64,000 bases of DNA from Kofleriaceae bacterium (lineage in GTDB: Bacteria > Myxococcota_A > Polyangia > Haliangiales > Haliangiaceae). Made by a program: the position numbers and the translations under genes. Numbering within the stretch: position 1 is the first letter of the stretch; every line of letters starts with the position of its first letter. Below are positions 29,405 to 39,338 of this stretch, in pieces. The notes under the pieces were generated by a model. The model made no database searches and was not told the origin of the DNA. It worked only from the letters and a program-made list of their open reading frames with translations. The stretch is from assembly GCA_046597055.1 (NCBI GenBank), contig JBKJLC010000016.1:28111-92110 (forward strand). The letters run 5' to 3'.

Positions 29405-30046
29405 TCAGCCCGTGGGCTGCATCTGGGCGCGGTGATTGACGACCAGGTTGACGACCTGGACGGTCACCTCGTTGATGTCGTCGGTGATCTTGGTGGTCTT
29501 GCCCATGAGGAGCGAATAACCGAGGAGGCCGATCAGCGAGACGCCGATGCCGAAGCGGGTGCAGTGCAGTGCTTCCGAGATGCCCTTGGCCAGCTCGGTC
29601 GACTTGTTGCCACCCTCGCTCGAGCCGACGGCGGCGAACGAGGTGATCATGCCGGAGATGGTGCCGAGGAGGCCAGCCATGACGGCGAAGTTGGCGAGCA
29701 TCGCCAGGTACGGCGTGCGGGTGTTGATCTTGGGCAGCTCGCGGAGCGCGGCCTCGTCCATCGCAGCCTGGACCTCGTCGTCGCTCTTGTTGAACTTCAT
29801 CAGGCCAGCCTGGACGATGCGCGTCATCGGAGTCGGATTACCCGAGCACACCTTGATGGCGCCCTGGACGTTCCCGGCCATGACCTGGCTCTTCAGCAGC
29901 GCGAGGAGCTTGTCCTTGTCGACGCTGGCCTTGAACAGGTAGACGGCGCGCTCGACGATGATCGCGATGATCACGATCGAGGTCACGAGGATGAGCCACA
30001 TGCCCCATCCGCCTTCATGGAACGAGTTCGAGATGTTCTGCAGCAT
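29405..30046 (-). CDS. aglR: MotA/TolQ/ExbB proton channel subunit, AglR-like
   Basis: GGWGMW..IIVER, GLLGTISGMITSF, LAKGISEALHCTRFG; GGAGG RBS. Confidence 0.75.
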   Translation of the reverse strand: MLQNISNSFHEGGWGMWLILVTSIVIIAIIVERAVYLFKASVDKDKLLALLKSQVMAGNVQGAIKVCSGNPTPMTRIVQAGLMKFNKSDDEVQAAMDEAALRELPKINTRTPYLAMLANFAVMAGLLGTISGMITSFAAVGSSEGGNKSTELAKGISEALHCTRFGIGVSLIGLLGYSLLMGKTTKITDDINEVTVQVVNLVVNHRAQMQPTG

Positions 30047-30140
30047 GATCGGAGTACCTCCAGGGCCCGGGGGGGGTGATGGCCCCGGCCAGCGTCGCGA
30101 AGGGCCGGGGGTGAGTTGAGTTGCCCTCGGAATCTCGTTT

Positions 30141-30156
30141 TGCAACAGGCGATCCA
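30141..30156 (-). promoter_or_regulatory. Candidate sigma54 (-24/-12) promoter for the aglRQS-like operon
   Basis: Minus strand TGGATCG-CCTG-TTGCA against consensus TGGCACG-N4-TTGCW, about 95 nt upstream of aglR. Confidence 0.45.
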
Positions 30157-30356
30157 CGGGCCTAATCGGCTGTGATAACTGGGATTCGTGGAGGTAGGTG
30201 CGGGCGGCACAGGCGATTTGATCGGGGCAACACGCGACGGCACGGGGCGAAATGCCCCGGCCGATGCGGGTGGACGCGAGGTCCTGTCAGCGCCGGTCAT
30301 GCCTGGGTGATGATGGCGGGGAACCGGGGGGCGACCGCTGGTGTCACGGAGCTCAA

Positions 30357-30929
30357 GTGCAGATCACGCGACTGGTTTCATTGACGGACGTCGTCGTCCT
30401 CATCGTGGTCGCGGTGGCGATCTTCCTGCCGCCGCGCCCGGTCACCGCCGGTCCGGTCGACAAGCTCGACCCCGACGCCCGGCTGGCGCTGGCGTTCGCC
30501 GAGGCGCGGGCGCGGGCCCAGCCCGCCGACGGTGCCGCCGTCGCCGACCTCTCGCGCCGGCTCGGCGAGGCTGGGCAGCTCGACTGGGCGGTGCAGGTGG
30601 CCGCGACCGCGAGCGAGGCCGCGGCCGGCTCGCCGACCCGCTGGCGCACCGACGTCGCGACCTCGATCGCGCACGCCGACCGACTCGAGGTCGGCGAGGC
30701 GCTCGAGTGGGCCAATCGCGCACTCGCCTCGTGCGCGGCCGCCGGCGAGGCCGCCTGTCCCGGCTGGGAGCAGGTGCGGGTCGAGCTGTACCAGCGGCAC
30801 CTCGATGCCGGCATCAAGTCCGGGATTGATCCCCGGAAGAATCCCGCCGCCTTTCGCGAGGCCGGCGAGGCCGCGCTGCGACGGGTGCGGGCGATGCCGG
30901 CGCCCGGTGGCGCCGCGCCGCCGCTGTAG
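30357..30929 (+). CDS. Hypothetical membrane-anchored helical (TPR-like) protein
   Basis: GTG start, N-terminal hydrophobic VVVLIVVAVAIFLP, Ala-rich helices, Cys pair. Confidence 0.6.
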   Translation: MQITRLVSLTDVVVLIVVAVAIFLPPRPVTAGPVDKLDPDARLALAFAEARARAQPADGAAVADLSRRLGEAGQLDWAVQVAATASEAAAGSPTRWRTDVATSIAHADRLEVGEALEWANRALASCAAAGEAACPGWEQVRVELYQRHLDAGIKSGIDPRKNPAAFREAGEAALRRVRAMPAPGGAAPPL

Positions 30930-30935
30930 GCACGG

Positions 30936-32015
30936 TCACGTCGACGTGAGGGCGGCGCGCACCTCGTCGGCGCTCAGCTCGCGAAGCACCCGCACGTCCT
31001 GGCGCAGCGCCGCGAAGGTGCGGCCCGAGCTCCAGGTCCGCTCGGGTGCGGCCGGCCCCAGCAGCACGGTCGGCACGCCGGCGACCCGCGGCACGTCGCG
31101 CGGAGCGCCCTCCCCCCACACCCACAGGTCCTGCGGGACCCGGCCGGCGTCGCGCAGATCGAAGCCGGCGGCACCGATGCCGTACAGGTTCCAGCTGCCG
31201 GCGACGTACGGCCGCGGCGGCGCCTCGCGATCGCCGCGCAGGTAGGCGAACAGGGCGGCCGGATTGTCGGCGGTCGCCACGCCGTGGCCGGCGAGCGCCG
31301 CGGCCAGCAGCGCGTGCAGGTCGTAGTTGCTCACGACACCGTCGACGACGACCTCGAAGCCGCGGCCGACCAGCGGCATCAGCACGCGCCAGCGGGCGTC
31401 GAGCTCGACGCCGAACAGCAGGTGCAGCCAGCTCGCGTCCGACCGGCTCATCGCCGCCGCCGCCGCGCACAGCGAACGGTCGGTGGTGGTCGCGAGCAGG
31501 TGCGGCCGGCACCGGGTCAGCGCGGCGACCGCCGGCAAGGTCCACTGGCGCAGGTAGGCCAGGGCCGCGCCGCCACCGCGGTCGTCGGCGAGGCGGGCCC
31601 GGAACACCGGCAGCGGGATCCGGCGGTCGTCGACCTCGAAGCCGCCGTCAGCGTCGGTGCCTCGGGCTGCGGTCGGATCGAGCTCGGCGAGGCAGCCGTC
31701 GGCGAAGTGGCGGGCCGCGGTCAGCACGTCGGGCAGGCGGTCGCGCAGCACCTCGGCGAGCGGCGCGGGATCGGCGCCGCGCTCGACCAGGCTGCCGGCC
31801 GAGATCCCGGCGAACGCGGCCCCGTCGGCGTGGTCGACCCGGCCGCGCGCGAGCCGGTCGACCAGCACCGCGAGCGCCTGATCGAGCTCGTCGCGATCGG
31901 CCGTGGTCATCGCGCGCAGGACGCGCCGGCAGGCCAGATCGACCTCGGCCGGGTTCCAGTCGATGCCGTCGACCGCCTGGGCGAGCGCCACCGCCGCCTG
32001 GATGACCCGCGCCAC
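30936..32015 (-). CDS. Hypothetical protein
   Basis: 359-aa ORF with typical codon usage filling the gap between neighbours; no family recognised. Confidence 0.7.
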   Translation of the reverse strand: MARVIQAAVALAQAVDGIDWNPAEVDLACRRVLRAMTTADRDELDQALAVLVDRLARGRVDHADGAAFAGISAGSLVERGADPAPLAEVLRDRLPDVLTAARHFADGCLAELDPTAARGTDADGGFEVDDRRIPLPVFRARLADDRGGGAALAYLRQWTLPAVAALTRCRPHLLATTTDRSLCAAAAAMSRSDASWLHLLFGVELDARWRVLMPLVGRGFEVVVDGVVSNYDLHALLAAALAGHGVATADNPAALFAYLRGDREAPPRPYVAGSWNLYGIGAAGFDLRDAGRVPQDLWVWGEGAPRDVPRVAGVPTVLLGPAAPERTWSSGRTFAALRQDVRVLRELSADEVRAALTST

Positions 32016-32050
32016 CGCAGCACCATAGCCGAAGCGGGTACAGTACGGCC

Positions 32051-33808
32051 ATGGCGACGCCTCCCGTGTCCGTGACGTCCGCGAGCGCGCCCGTGATGAG
32101 CCAGGGCGCGATCAGCCTTCGACCGACTGCGCGCCCGGAGCTCGATCACGCGATCGCCCGGCTGAACGACCGCGCGCGCGTGTTCGCGCGGATGCCGGCG
32201 GCCGAGAAGGCCGGGCTCCTGCGCGCGTGCATGCCGCGGATCGCCGACGTGGCCGAGTCGTGGGTGACCAACGGCTGCAAGGCCAAGGGGATCGGCGGCG
32301 CCTGGTCGGCGGAGGAGTGGCTGGCCGGGCCACTCCCGACCCTGCGCATGGCCCGCTTGCTCGCCGACAGCCTCGACCAGATCGCGCACCAGGGCCGACC
32401 GCAGCTCGGGACCGGCGCGCGCACGCGCGACGACGGCCGGGTCGAGGTCGACGTGTTCCCGGTCAGCACGCTCGACAAGCTCGCGTTCGCCGGCTTCCGC
32501 GGCAAGGTCCTCCTGCAGGACGGCGTCGATCGCGCCGAGGCCGGCCGGCGCCAGGCCAGCTTCTACCAGCAGCGCGACCCCGAGGGCGGCGTCTCGCTGA
32601 TCCTCGGCGCCGGCAACGTGTCGAGCATCCCGCCGATGGACGTCTTCGCGAAGATGTTCAACGAGGGGCTGGTGTGCCTGCTCAAGATGAACCCGGTCAA
32701 CGAGTGGGTCGGCCCGATCCTCGAGCGCGCGCTGGCCCCGCTGTGCGATCGCGGCTTCCTGCGCATCGTCTACGGCGGCGGCGATGTCGGCCAGTACCTG
32801 GTCGAGCACGAGGGCATCCACGACGTCCACATCACCGGCTCCGACAAGACCCACGACCTGATCGTGTGGGGACCGCCCGGGCCCGAGCGCGAGCGGCGGC
32901 GGGCGACCAACCAGCCGCGGCTGACCCGGCCGATCACGTCCGAGCTCGGCAACGTTAGCCCGGTGATGATCGTCCCGTACACCTACCGCGACGACGAGCT
33001 GGCGTTCATGGCCGCCAACGTCGCGTCGATGGTGACCAACAACGGCTCGTTCAACTGCAACGCGGCCAAGATGCTCGTCACCTCGCGCGGGTGGCCGCAG
33101 CGCGATGCCTTCCTCGGCCTGATCGCGCGCGAGCTGGCCCAGACGCCGGCGCGCAAGGCCTACTACCCGGGCGCGTTCGAGCGCTACGCGCGGCTCACCG
33201 CCGGCCGCGACCTCAACGTGCCGGGTGGGGCCGGCGCCGGCGAGCTGCCGTGGACGATCATCCGCGAGGTCGACACCAGCCGGGCCGACGACCCGCTGTT
33301 CTCGATCGAGCCGTTCTGTGGGCTGCTGTCGGACGCGCCGATCGGCACCGGCGATCCGGTCGAGTTCCTCGATCGCGCGATGCGGTTCTGCAACGACACG
33401 CTGTGGGGGACGCTCAACGCGGCGATCTTCATCCATGGCCGGCTCGAGCAGGACCGCACCGTCGGCGCCGCGCTCGACCGCTCGATCGACGCGCTGCGCT
33501 ACGGCACCGTCGCCGTCAACCACTGGCCGGCGATCGGCTACGCGGTCGGCTCGCTGCCGTGGGGCGGCCACCCGTCGGCGACCTTGCACGACATCCAGAG
33601 CGGCCTGGGCTGGGTCCACAACGCCTACATGCTCGAGGGCATCGACAAGGCGGTCCTGCGCGGGCCGCTGGTGGTGCGGCCGCGGCCACTATGGTTCTCC
33701 GGCAATTCCAAGGGGCCCAAGGTGGCGCGACGTATGATCCAGCAGGAGCTGGCGCCGAGCTGGGCCGGTCTGGCCCGGGTGGTGGGTACCTCACTGTTCT
33801 CGCGGTAG
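32051..33808 (+). CDS. Aldehyde dehydrogenase family protein
   Basis: LGAGN, LKMNPVN, HITGS, SELGNVSP (catalytic Glu), GSFNC (catalytic Cys), EPFC, PWGG. Confidence 0.88.
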   Translation: MATPPVSVTSASAPVMSQGAISLRPTARPELDHAIARLNDRARVFARMPAAEKAGLLRACMPRIADVAESWVTNGCKAKGIGGAWSAEEWLAGPLPTLRMARLLADSLDQIAHQGRPQLGTGARTRDDGRVEVDVFPVSTLDKLAFAGFRGKVLLQDGVDRAEAGRRQASFYQQRDPEGGVSLILGAGNVSSIPPMDVFAKMFNEGLVCLLKMNPVNEWVGPILERALAPLCDRGFLRIVYGGGDVGQYLVEHEGIHDVHITGSDKTHDLIVWGPPGPERERRRATNQPRLTRPITSELGNVSPVMIVPYTYRDDELAFMAANVASMVTNNGSFNCNAAKMLVTSRGWPQRDAFLGLIARELAQTPARKAYYPGAFERYARLTAGRDLNVPGGAGAGELPWTIIREVDTSRADDPLFSIEPFCGLLSDAPIGTGDPVEFLDRAMRFCNDTLWGTLNAAIFIHGRLEQDRTVGAALDRSIDALRYGTVAVNHWPAIGYAVGSLPWGGHPSATLHDIQSGLGWVHNAYMLEGIDKAVLRGPLVVRPRPLWFSGNSKGPKVARRMIQQELAPSWAGLARVVGTSLFSR

Positions 33809-33856
33809 CGCCGGACGGGCCGTGCCGTGCGCCCGGCGAGCGGCTATCATGCAGAG

Positions 33857-34926
<1,070 letters not shown>

Positions 34927-34930
<4 letters not shown>

Positions 34931-35607
34931 TCGTCTACCTGTTCGACATCGATGGCACGCTGGTGCGGGCCGGCGGCGCGGGCGCCCGCGCGCTGACCAC
35001 GGTGATGCAGGCCCACCACGGCGTCGCCGATGCCTGTCGGGGCATCTCGGCAGCGGGTCGGACCGATCCGGCGATCGTCGGCGAGATGTTCGAGCGCGCG
35101 CTGGGCCGGGCCGGCACCCGCGCCGAGATCGACGCGGTCATCGCGGCCTACCTCGCCGAGCTCGCGCGCGAGCTGGCCAGCGGCACGCTGCGGGTGTTGC
35201 CGGACGCACCGACGGTGCTCGGCTGGCTGCGCGCGCGGCCCGAGGTCCGCCTGGCGGTCGCGACCGGCAACGTGCGCTCGGGGGCGCGCCTCAAGCTCGA
35301 GATCGCGGGCCTCGCCGACCACTTCGACCTCGACGGCCTGGGCGGCTATGGCTGCGATTCGGCCGATCGCGCCGAGCTGGTCGCGTGCGCGGTCGGCCGC
35401 GCCGGCGCCGGCCAGGACGACACCGTGGTGGTGGTCGGCGACACCGTCCACGACGTGCGCGCCGCGCGCGCGGTCGGCGCGCTGTGCATCGCGGTCACCA
35501 CCGGCGGCGACGATCGGGCCGTGCTCGAGGCCGAGGGCGCCGACGTCGTGTTCGACGGCCTGGCGCCGATCCCGGACTGGCACAGCGGCCGGTTCGGCGC
35601 GGCCTGA
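34927..35607 (+). CDS. HAD family hydrolase
   Basis: LFDIDGTL, GRTD, ATGN, VGDTVHDV. Confidence 0.9.
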
Positions 35608-35691
35608 ACGACCGTCCGATGACGTCGCCATGGCCGTACCGGGGGCCCCGGCCCGCCATGGTTCCCCGGCGCCAGGCTGTTATGGTGCGCC

Positions 35692-36825
35692 GTGTCTCCC
35701 GCCCCGGACCCATGGATTCGCACCCCTGATCAGCTCGACGACCTCGTCGACGAGCTGGCCGGGTGCCGCGCGCTCGGCATCGACACCGAGGCCGACAGCC
35801 TGCACCACTACACCGAGAAGGTCTGCCTGATCCAGCTCACCGCCTTCCGCGGCGGGTCGTGGCTGGTGGATCCGCTGGCGCTCTCCGATCTGTCGCCGCT
35901 CGCGCCGATCCTCGGCGACCGATCGGTCCTCAAGGTCGTTCACGGCGGCGACAACGACGTCACGTCGATGCGCCGCGACTTCGGCTTCACGTTTCGCACG
36001 ATGTTCGACACCGCGATCGCGGCGCGCCTGCTCGGCGACACCGAGGTCGGCCTGCAGGCCCTGGTGCGCAACGAGCTCGGCATCGAGCTCGACAAGGGCA
36101 GCCAGCGCGACGACTGGTCGAAGCGTCCCCTGACGCCCAGGCAGGAGACCTACGCGCTGTCCGACGTCGCGCACCTGATGGCGCTGGCCACGGTCCTGAC
36201 CGACCGGCTCGATCGCGCCGGGCGCACCGCGTGGGCCCGCGAAGAGTTCGCGGCGCTGGCCAGCCTGCCGCCGTCCGAGAAGCGCAGCGGCCCCGACGAG
36301 TTCCGGCGCATCAAGGGCTCGGCGAAGCTGGCGCGGCGCAAGCAGGCCGTGCTGCGCGAGCTGTACCTGTGGCGCGAGGCCCGCGCCGCCGCGGCCGATC
36401 GACCGCCCTTCAAGATCGTCGGCCCCGAGACGCTGCTGCGGCTGGCCGCCGATCCGCCGGAGACCGTCGACGAGGTCGCCCGCGTGCTCGCGTCGTACCC
36501 ACGCCAGGCCGGCGAGGCCGAGGTGGTGTTCGCGGCGATCGAGCGCGGGCTCGACCTGCCCGACGACGAGCTGCCGGCCCGCGACCCCGGCGAGCGCCCG
36601 GTGGTGCCGGCCGGCGCACGCCGACGCATCGACGCGCTGCGCGCCTGGCGCGACGACCAGGCCGCGCGCTCGCAGCTCGACCCCTCGATCGTCCTGTCGC
36701 AGCGCGTGATCGAGCGCATCGCGAGCGCCGGACCGCGCACCCTCGACGAGCTCGCCGCCATCGACGGCGTCCGCCGCTGGCGGGTCGCCGAGTGGGGACC
36801 CGAGCTGCTCGACGCCTGCCGCTGA
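35692..36825 (+). CDS. rnd: Ribonuclease D (DEDDy exonuclease + HRDC domains)
   Basis: IDTEADSLHHY, CLIQL, KVVHG...D, FDT.IAARLLG, DWSKRPL...YALSDV, two HRDC-like repeats. Confidence 0.9.
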   Translation: MSPAPDPWIRTPDQLDDLVDELAGCRALGIDTEADSLHHYTEKVCLIQLTAFRGGSWLVDPLALSDLSPLAPILGDRSVLKVVHGGDNDVTSMRRDFGFTFRTMFDTAIAARLLGDTEVGLQALVRNELGIELDKGSQRDDWSKRPLTPRQETYALSDVAHLMALATVLTDRLDRAGRTAWAREEFAALASLPPSEKRSGPDEFRRIKGSAKLARRKQAVLRELYLWREARAAAADRPPFKIVGPETLLRLAADPPETVDEVARVLASYPRQAGEAEVVFAAIERGLDLPDDELPARDPGERPVVPAGARRRIDALRAWRDDQAARSQLDPSIVLSQRVIERIASAGPRTLDELAAIDGVRRWRVAEWGPELLDACR

Positions 36826-37166
36826 CGCCGGGCGCGCGCGGGACAGTGCGCAGCTGGGACGCGCGGCCGGCCTCGCCGTCGGCGACGCCGAGGTCCCGGC
36901 GCTTGCTCGATCCGGGGTCCCCGGGCGCGACGCACGCCGGTGCCATTGCCCCAACCCGCCGACGCATGCCCCACCCGGCCGTGGAATTTACGAGCGCGCC
37001 TGGGACCTCGTCCCCGCCTCGGCTCGTCCTCCGTGCGGATCTCCAACGCTGGACCCATGACCGAGATGCGGTCTCGTGCGACGGCCTTGCCGGTTCGCCC
37101 GGAGCTCATGCCCCGTTGGCGTTCCCTCGCCCGGTGTCCCTGACCCTGAGAAATTCGATCACTTGC

Positions 37167-37296
37167 TCTTCCGTTCGTCCTGAGCGCAGCCCGGCGCGAA
37201 GCGGCGGGCGAAGTCGAAGGACGACCAGTGCGCGGCGGGCGTCCTTCGACTTCGAGCTCGCTTGCCCTCGCTCTGCGCTCAGGCCGAACGGAAAAG
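37167..37296. repeat. REP-like inverted doublet between convergent rnd and sppA
   Basis: CCGTTCGTCCTGAGCGCAG..CGAAGTCGAAGGACG (37171-37223) inverted against CGTCCTTCGACTTCG..CTGCGCTCAGGCCGAACGG (37240-37291). Confidence 0.8.
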
Positions 37297-37341
37297 ACTG
37301 TTCGATCTCGATCGCTTGCGCCTATCTGATCGGCATTGGGT

Positions 37342-39288
37342 TTAGTACAGGACCGGCAGGATCGCGACGGCCTGCACGCGCGAGTCGCGGAAGCGCGCGA
37401 CGGTGTGGAGCGTGCGCTCGAGGCTGCGCGCGGCGGCCGGCGACAGGTCGCGGGCGACCGCGATCAGCGCGGTCGACAGGCCGAACGGCATCTGGACGTC
37501 GCCGAAGGTACCGACCAGGTCGCGCAGGGTCAGCTCGCCGGGATAGACCTCGACGGTGGCGTCGGCGGCCACGCCGCCCAGCTTGCGGGCGTCGGCGAGC
37601 GCGGCGTCGAGGCCGCCGATCTCGTCGACCAGGCCGAGCCGCTTGGCGTCGGTGCCGGTCCAGACCCGGCCCTGGGCGATCGGGTGGATCTCGGCCGGGG
37701 TCTTGCCGCGGCCGGACGCGACCCGGCTCAGGAACACCTGGTAGATCGACTCCATCATCGCCTGCACGGTGGCGCGCTCGTCGGCGTTCCACGGGCCCAG
37801 GCTCGCCATCATCGTCGCCCGCTTGCCACGCCCCATCGGGAACGTGGTCACGCCGTGCCGAGCCAGCGCTGCGCCCGGCGCGATCTTGCCGCCGACCACG
37901 CCGATCGAGCCGGTCAGGGTGTCGTCGAGCGCGTAGATCTTGGTCGCGCCGGCCGCGATGTAGTAGCCGCCGGACGCGGCGACGTCGCTCATCGACACCA
38001 CGACCGGCTTCTTGGCCTCGAGGGCGACCACCGCGTGCCAGATGAGCTCGGACGCCAGCGCGCTGCCGCCGCCCGAGTCGATGCGCAGCACCACGGCCTT
38101 GACGCTGTCGTCGGCGGCGAGCATGCGCAGCGCCGGCACCAGCGTGCGCGACGCGATCTCCTGGCGCGCGCCGACCGTGCCCTCGCCCTCGCCGTCGACC
38201 ACGTCGCCGACCGCGTAGACCAGCGCGACGTGCGGCCCGCTCGGCCGCGGCGTGGGCACCGCGCCGAGGAAGCGCATGAACTTCATCATGCCCGCGAGCT
38301 GGTCGGCCTTGGCGGCCACGCCGAGCCGGACCCAGCCCTGGGTGCCGGCCGCGGCGTCGCGGAAGGTCTCGAACGGGGTAACCTCGTCGACCAGCCGGGC
38401 CGCGAGCGCGCGATCGGCGGTGAACACCGCCTCGTCGATCAGGAGCTTGACCGCGTCGGGCGTCAGGCCGCGGCCGGAGGCGACCACGTCGACCGTGGTT
38501 GCGTAGGCGCGATCGAGGATCGCGCCGAGCGTCTGCTCCATCTCCTTGGACGGCCGGTCGCGGGTCAGCGGCTCGGCCGCGCCCTTGAACGCGCCGACAT
38601 GCAGGAAGTCGGCGGTGACGCCGACGTCGTCGAGCAGGCCCTTGAGGTGGATCGGCATCGCGGCCGGGCCCGACAGCTGGATCTCGCCGGTCGGCGCCAG
38701 CGCGATGCGATCGCACGCCGTGAGGATCAGGTAGCCGGCGTTGCTCGCGCTCTCGACGTGGCAGTGCAGCTTCTTGCCCTTGGCCTTGAAGGCGGCGAAG
38801 GCGGCGCGCAGCTCGGTGGTGTCGGGCAGCGACGCGGTCAGGCCATCGACCCGCAGCAGCAGGCCGGTGAGGTTGGCGTCATCCCCGAGCGTGCGCAGCC
38901 GCTGGGTCAGCGTCAGCAGCGGGACCACGTCGCTCATGCCGCTGGTCCACGAAAAGCTCTCGAGCTCGCCGAGCTCGCCCGCCAGGTTCATGACGCCCAG
39001 ATGCGGCCTGGTCGCGTCGAACCCGGGGCTCTCCTTGGGCGCCTCGTAGGGCCCGGGCTTCTCGAGGTTCTCCATCACGTTGGTGAGGAGCGCCATCGGG
39101 TCGCCGAGCCCGCCGAGTCCGCCGCCCTTGTCGCCAGCGCCACCGCTGGCGCCGATGCTCGCGCCACCACCGGTCGACCACGGGTCGGCGCTGGTGCCGG
39201 GGGCCCGGGGGCTGTCCCACGTCGGCTTCGGGTCGTTGCCACACGCCGCCAAGGCGGCGGCCAGAAAGAGGATCGCCGTCGTACGCAT
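37342..39288 (-). CDS. sppA: Signal peptide peptidase SppA (67K type) with lipoprotein signal
   Basis: Lipobox LAAC; GAFKGAAEP, LRIDSGGGSALASE, SMSDVAASGGY, TLTGSIGV, AQGRVWTG; GGAG RBS. Confidence 0.92.
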   Translation of the reverse strand: MRTTAILFLAAALAACGNDPKPTWDSPRAPGTSADPWSTGGGASIGASGGAGDKGGGLGGLGDPMALLTNVMENLEKPGPYEAPKESPGFDATRPHLGVMNLAGELGELESFSWTSGMSDVVPLLTLTQRLRTLGDDANLTGLLLRVDGLTASLPDTTELRAAFAAFKAKGKKLHCHVESASNAGYLILTACDRIALAPTGEIQLSGPAAMPIHLKGLLDDVGVTADFLHVGAFKGAAEPLTRDRPSKEMEQTLGAILDRAYATTVDVVASGRGLTPDAVKLLIDEAVFTADRALAARLVDEVTPFETFRDAAAGTQGWVRLGVAAKADQLAGMMKFMRFLGAVPTPRPSGPHVALVYAVGDVVDGEGEGTVGARQEIASRTLVPALRMLAADDSVKAVVLRIDSGGGSALASELIWHAVVALEAKKPVVVSMSDVAASGGYYIAAGATKIYALDDTLTGSIGVVGGKIAPGAALARHGVTTFPMGRGKRATMMASLGPWNADERATVQAMMESIYQVFLSRVASGRGKTPAEIHPIAQGRVWTGTDAKRLGLVDEIGGLDAALADARKLGGVAADATVEVYPGELTLRDLVGTFGDVQMPFGLSTALIAVARDLSPAAARSLERTLHTVARFRDSRVQAVAILPVLY

Positions 39289-39338
39289 CAGTCGGTCTCC
39301 TGACGAAGGGTCATCGGACGTCGCGGGGGCGACGTCGT

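Noticed and set aside
30069..30076. G8 tract in the aglR leader as a phase-variation switch
   Set aside because: Short run in very GC-rich DNA, outside the CDS and outside the candidate promoter spacer
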